From the NCBI RefSeq assembly GCF_006345805.1, contig NC_043012.1:31744001-31808000 (forward strand): DNA of 64,000 bases, read 5' to 3'. Positions 61,549 through 64,000 of the stretch are shown piece after piece. How positions within the stretch are numbered: the stretch's first letter is position 1; each line of letters opens with the position of its first letter. Both the position numbers and the translations under genes were made by a program. Below the pieces are notes generated by a model that saw nothing but the letters and a program-made list of their open reading frames with translations, did not search any database and had not been told where the DNA came from. The stretch comes from Octopus sinensis. Lineage: Eukaryota.

Positions 61549-62355
61549 GGCACGAGAGAAATGTTTTGGAAATGTGTGAAATAGATGTAAAGAGATATTG
61601 AGAAGGAAATGGTGAAACGAGAGTTAGTATGTCCGACAATTCGAGAAAATTCTGCTCATGTAAAAACGTTCAGTCTGCTGATTCGTATCAATTTCTAAAC
61701 AATGCACAAACTTGATGTAGCTTGAGAAGAAACCTATAACTGGAAAATCTATATGGACGTCTAAGACAGACTGAGTCGTTAATAAAATGTGTAAAATAAC
61801 TTTTAGTTGTTGATTTCCGTTTCGTCTGTATTAGCTTGCGTTTTGTTCGTGTTAAAACACTGTTGTTGTTACTGTTACTGAAACATTTTATAGATTATAA
61901 AATTGATATATCAAGCAATTTGTATTATTAGAGTACAATAGAATTTAATTGCTTTAGTGTCGCGAATTTTGCATTGTGTAGGATCAAGCGGGCCTGTGTG
62001 GTGAGACATTGCTTCCCAAGAATATGGTTCCGCGTTCAATTTCACTGCATGATAGCCTTGAGTCGATTATAGCACTGTGAGTGGGCTCGGAGAATAGAAA
62101 TAGAAAGAAACATATCCGGTCAGCACATTTATCGCGAATATAAGGGGTGTGTATTCCTACACATACTAATTCTTTTCCGTCGAGGGCTTATATGCTTCAA
62201 TATGTGACTAATTTCTTTAGCAAATACACGGTGAATGCTTACAAACTATGTGCTTATAATTTTTATTTACAGAATTTTCATTCGGTACCGTTTCCTCATT
62301 TAAGATAGAAAATACACACACACAGACATATATAATATATGATATTTAATATTTA

Positions 62356-62408
<53 letters not shown>

Positions 62409-62427
62409 TGTGTATTCGTTTGTAGTG

Positions 62428-62580
62428 GTGTGTTTACGTCTCCGTAACTTAGCGGTTGCACAAACGAAAGGATAAAATAAGTATTAGCTTTAAGAAGAAA
62501 AACAAGCACAGGGAGCCATTCGTTCAACTAAAAATCATTCAAAACGGTGCACAGTCATGGCCACATTCTAATCAAAGAAA
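62428..62580 (+). mobile_element. Decayed SINE A 3' half
   Basis: gtttacgtctccgtaacttagcggtt..ataagta block, after a (TG)n array. Confidence 0.6.
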
Positions 62581-64000
62581 CATTTAAATATATAAGATAT
62601 ACGATTATTGAATATATATTGAGTATCTTTAGCATTGCTCTAATGTCTAATATTTTTAAAAATAGTTCCAGCTACTGAACTATAGCCATGCTTGTGCACC
62701 GGCGCCAAACATTCTGAGAATGCGGAGTCTGAGAGTCCAAATTAAGTCAGCTATTTCGAAAGGAACAATATTAAGCATTATATGATCTACTTCATTCACA
62801 CAAGAAACCTATTCCTAATTTAATCCTTTACATTAATTAGTTCCTTTACGTTAATATCATGTAACACATGGAGTTCATTTGATTAAAATCCTTCTGTAAT
62901 AGCTATAGATATTATTAAATTTTATATTACTTAGCAAATTATTTCCCGCGATAACACGGTAGAGGAAGACTGGATTGATTATGAACAGTGAGTTGATTTA
63001 AATTGTTTCTTATTGGTTTTGATTTTTCATTTCAACACAAATATTTTTCTCATCAATTTGGAAAATGACATATCCCTCCAGAACATCAGTGGATTCTAGG
63101 AGTATAAAAATTCATGCACTTGTTAATTTTCCAGTTTTCAGTGGCGTATAACAATCATTGCTTAAAATATAAATTCTGCGATCATTGTAAAGAAAAGTAG
63201 AGCTTATTAAATGATAAAAGTATGATAGATTTTAAAATTAGGATTTTTCTTAACTTTTCTTTAGATTAATTAACGTAGTTTTAATAACGAATTTTCTTAG
63301 CGCACAGCTACATATACGCACACATGAGTTTGTGTCTGTAGATGACTAAAGATGCTATAAATGTAACATGACAACGCCAATGTATATGTATATATTCCAG
63401 GAGATTCAAAAGTAATTAACAATTTATGAGAAGAGACATCTCTCCAGGTGAAAATGTAATTTAGCTCTATTCAAAGTACACCTTCAGTTACTGATATACA
63501 AACTTGTGAGATACTAACGTCCATAAATGATATACAAATACCAAGTACATTGTTGTCCTTGATAGCTTTATATCAGCCCTTAGCACGGAACAATAATGCT
63601 AGAAGACTAACAATAATGCTAACAACTTTATTACTTTTCTATGGTGATGCTTGCTGCACAATTTTGATGCGCAACAATATGGAAAGTATATAAATAATGT
63701 AAGCACTGGTGTGTGGACATGTTACAGTACATTTGCCTGAAGTACTTTTCCATAATGCAGAGACCACTCAGTGTTAAACACTAATACATATTATAATAGA
63801 ACTAGAATCGTAAATTCAAACGACTCCAAGTAAAATCCATATATTGATGAATGTTTTGAATATTTGAATCTACGTTGTGGTGTATATACTATTTTACTAT
63901 TTTAAAATGCTTCAGCTGCAAAGCTGTGGTCATGCTCGAGCACCACCATTGACAGAGCTACACCATTATTTGGAACCTCCTCTGATATGTGGAATTTGGT

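Noticed and set aside
1-64000. CRISPR arrays, rRNA, telomeric arrays, or bacterial/viral insertions
   Set aside because: There are no regularly spaced repeat-spacer units, rRNA motifs, (TTAGGG)n runs or gene-dense segments.

Overview
AT-rich, repeat-dominated animal genomic DNA. From recognition of the SINE families and the (TA)n/(TATG)n/(TATC)n load it is most likely an octopus (coleoid cephalopod); this is inference, no database search was run. I found no rRNA, bona fide tRNA gene, CRISPR array or prokaryotic operon, and most ORFs in the supplied track are microsatellite or antisense artefacts. The window holds decayed retroelements (R4/Dong-like REL LINEs, RTE LINEs, a Tx1/L1-like 3' end, a CR1-like remnant, Penelope-like RT and GIY-YIG remnants), five tRNA-headed SINE families (my own labels A-E), mariner remnants, hAT/Tc1-type MITEs and Helitrons. 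There is one plausible coding ORF (50212-50796, minus, unknown product) and a few low-confidence minus-strand exon candidates. The most interesting signal is a set of minimal hammerhead-ribozyme (HHR) motifs in Penelope-type termini. Three unrelated sequence families share one fold-back architecture, with an HHR motif in each arm reading outwards (6890-7043, 41892-42356, 43228-43468), and single copies occur at 7382 and 22594. Also notable: a perfect 380-bp spacerless palindrome built from a transposon left end, a SINE rearranged by an inverted template switch, a recurrent SINE heterodimer, SINE tails matching LINE tails in the same window, and a candidate recursive splice site.
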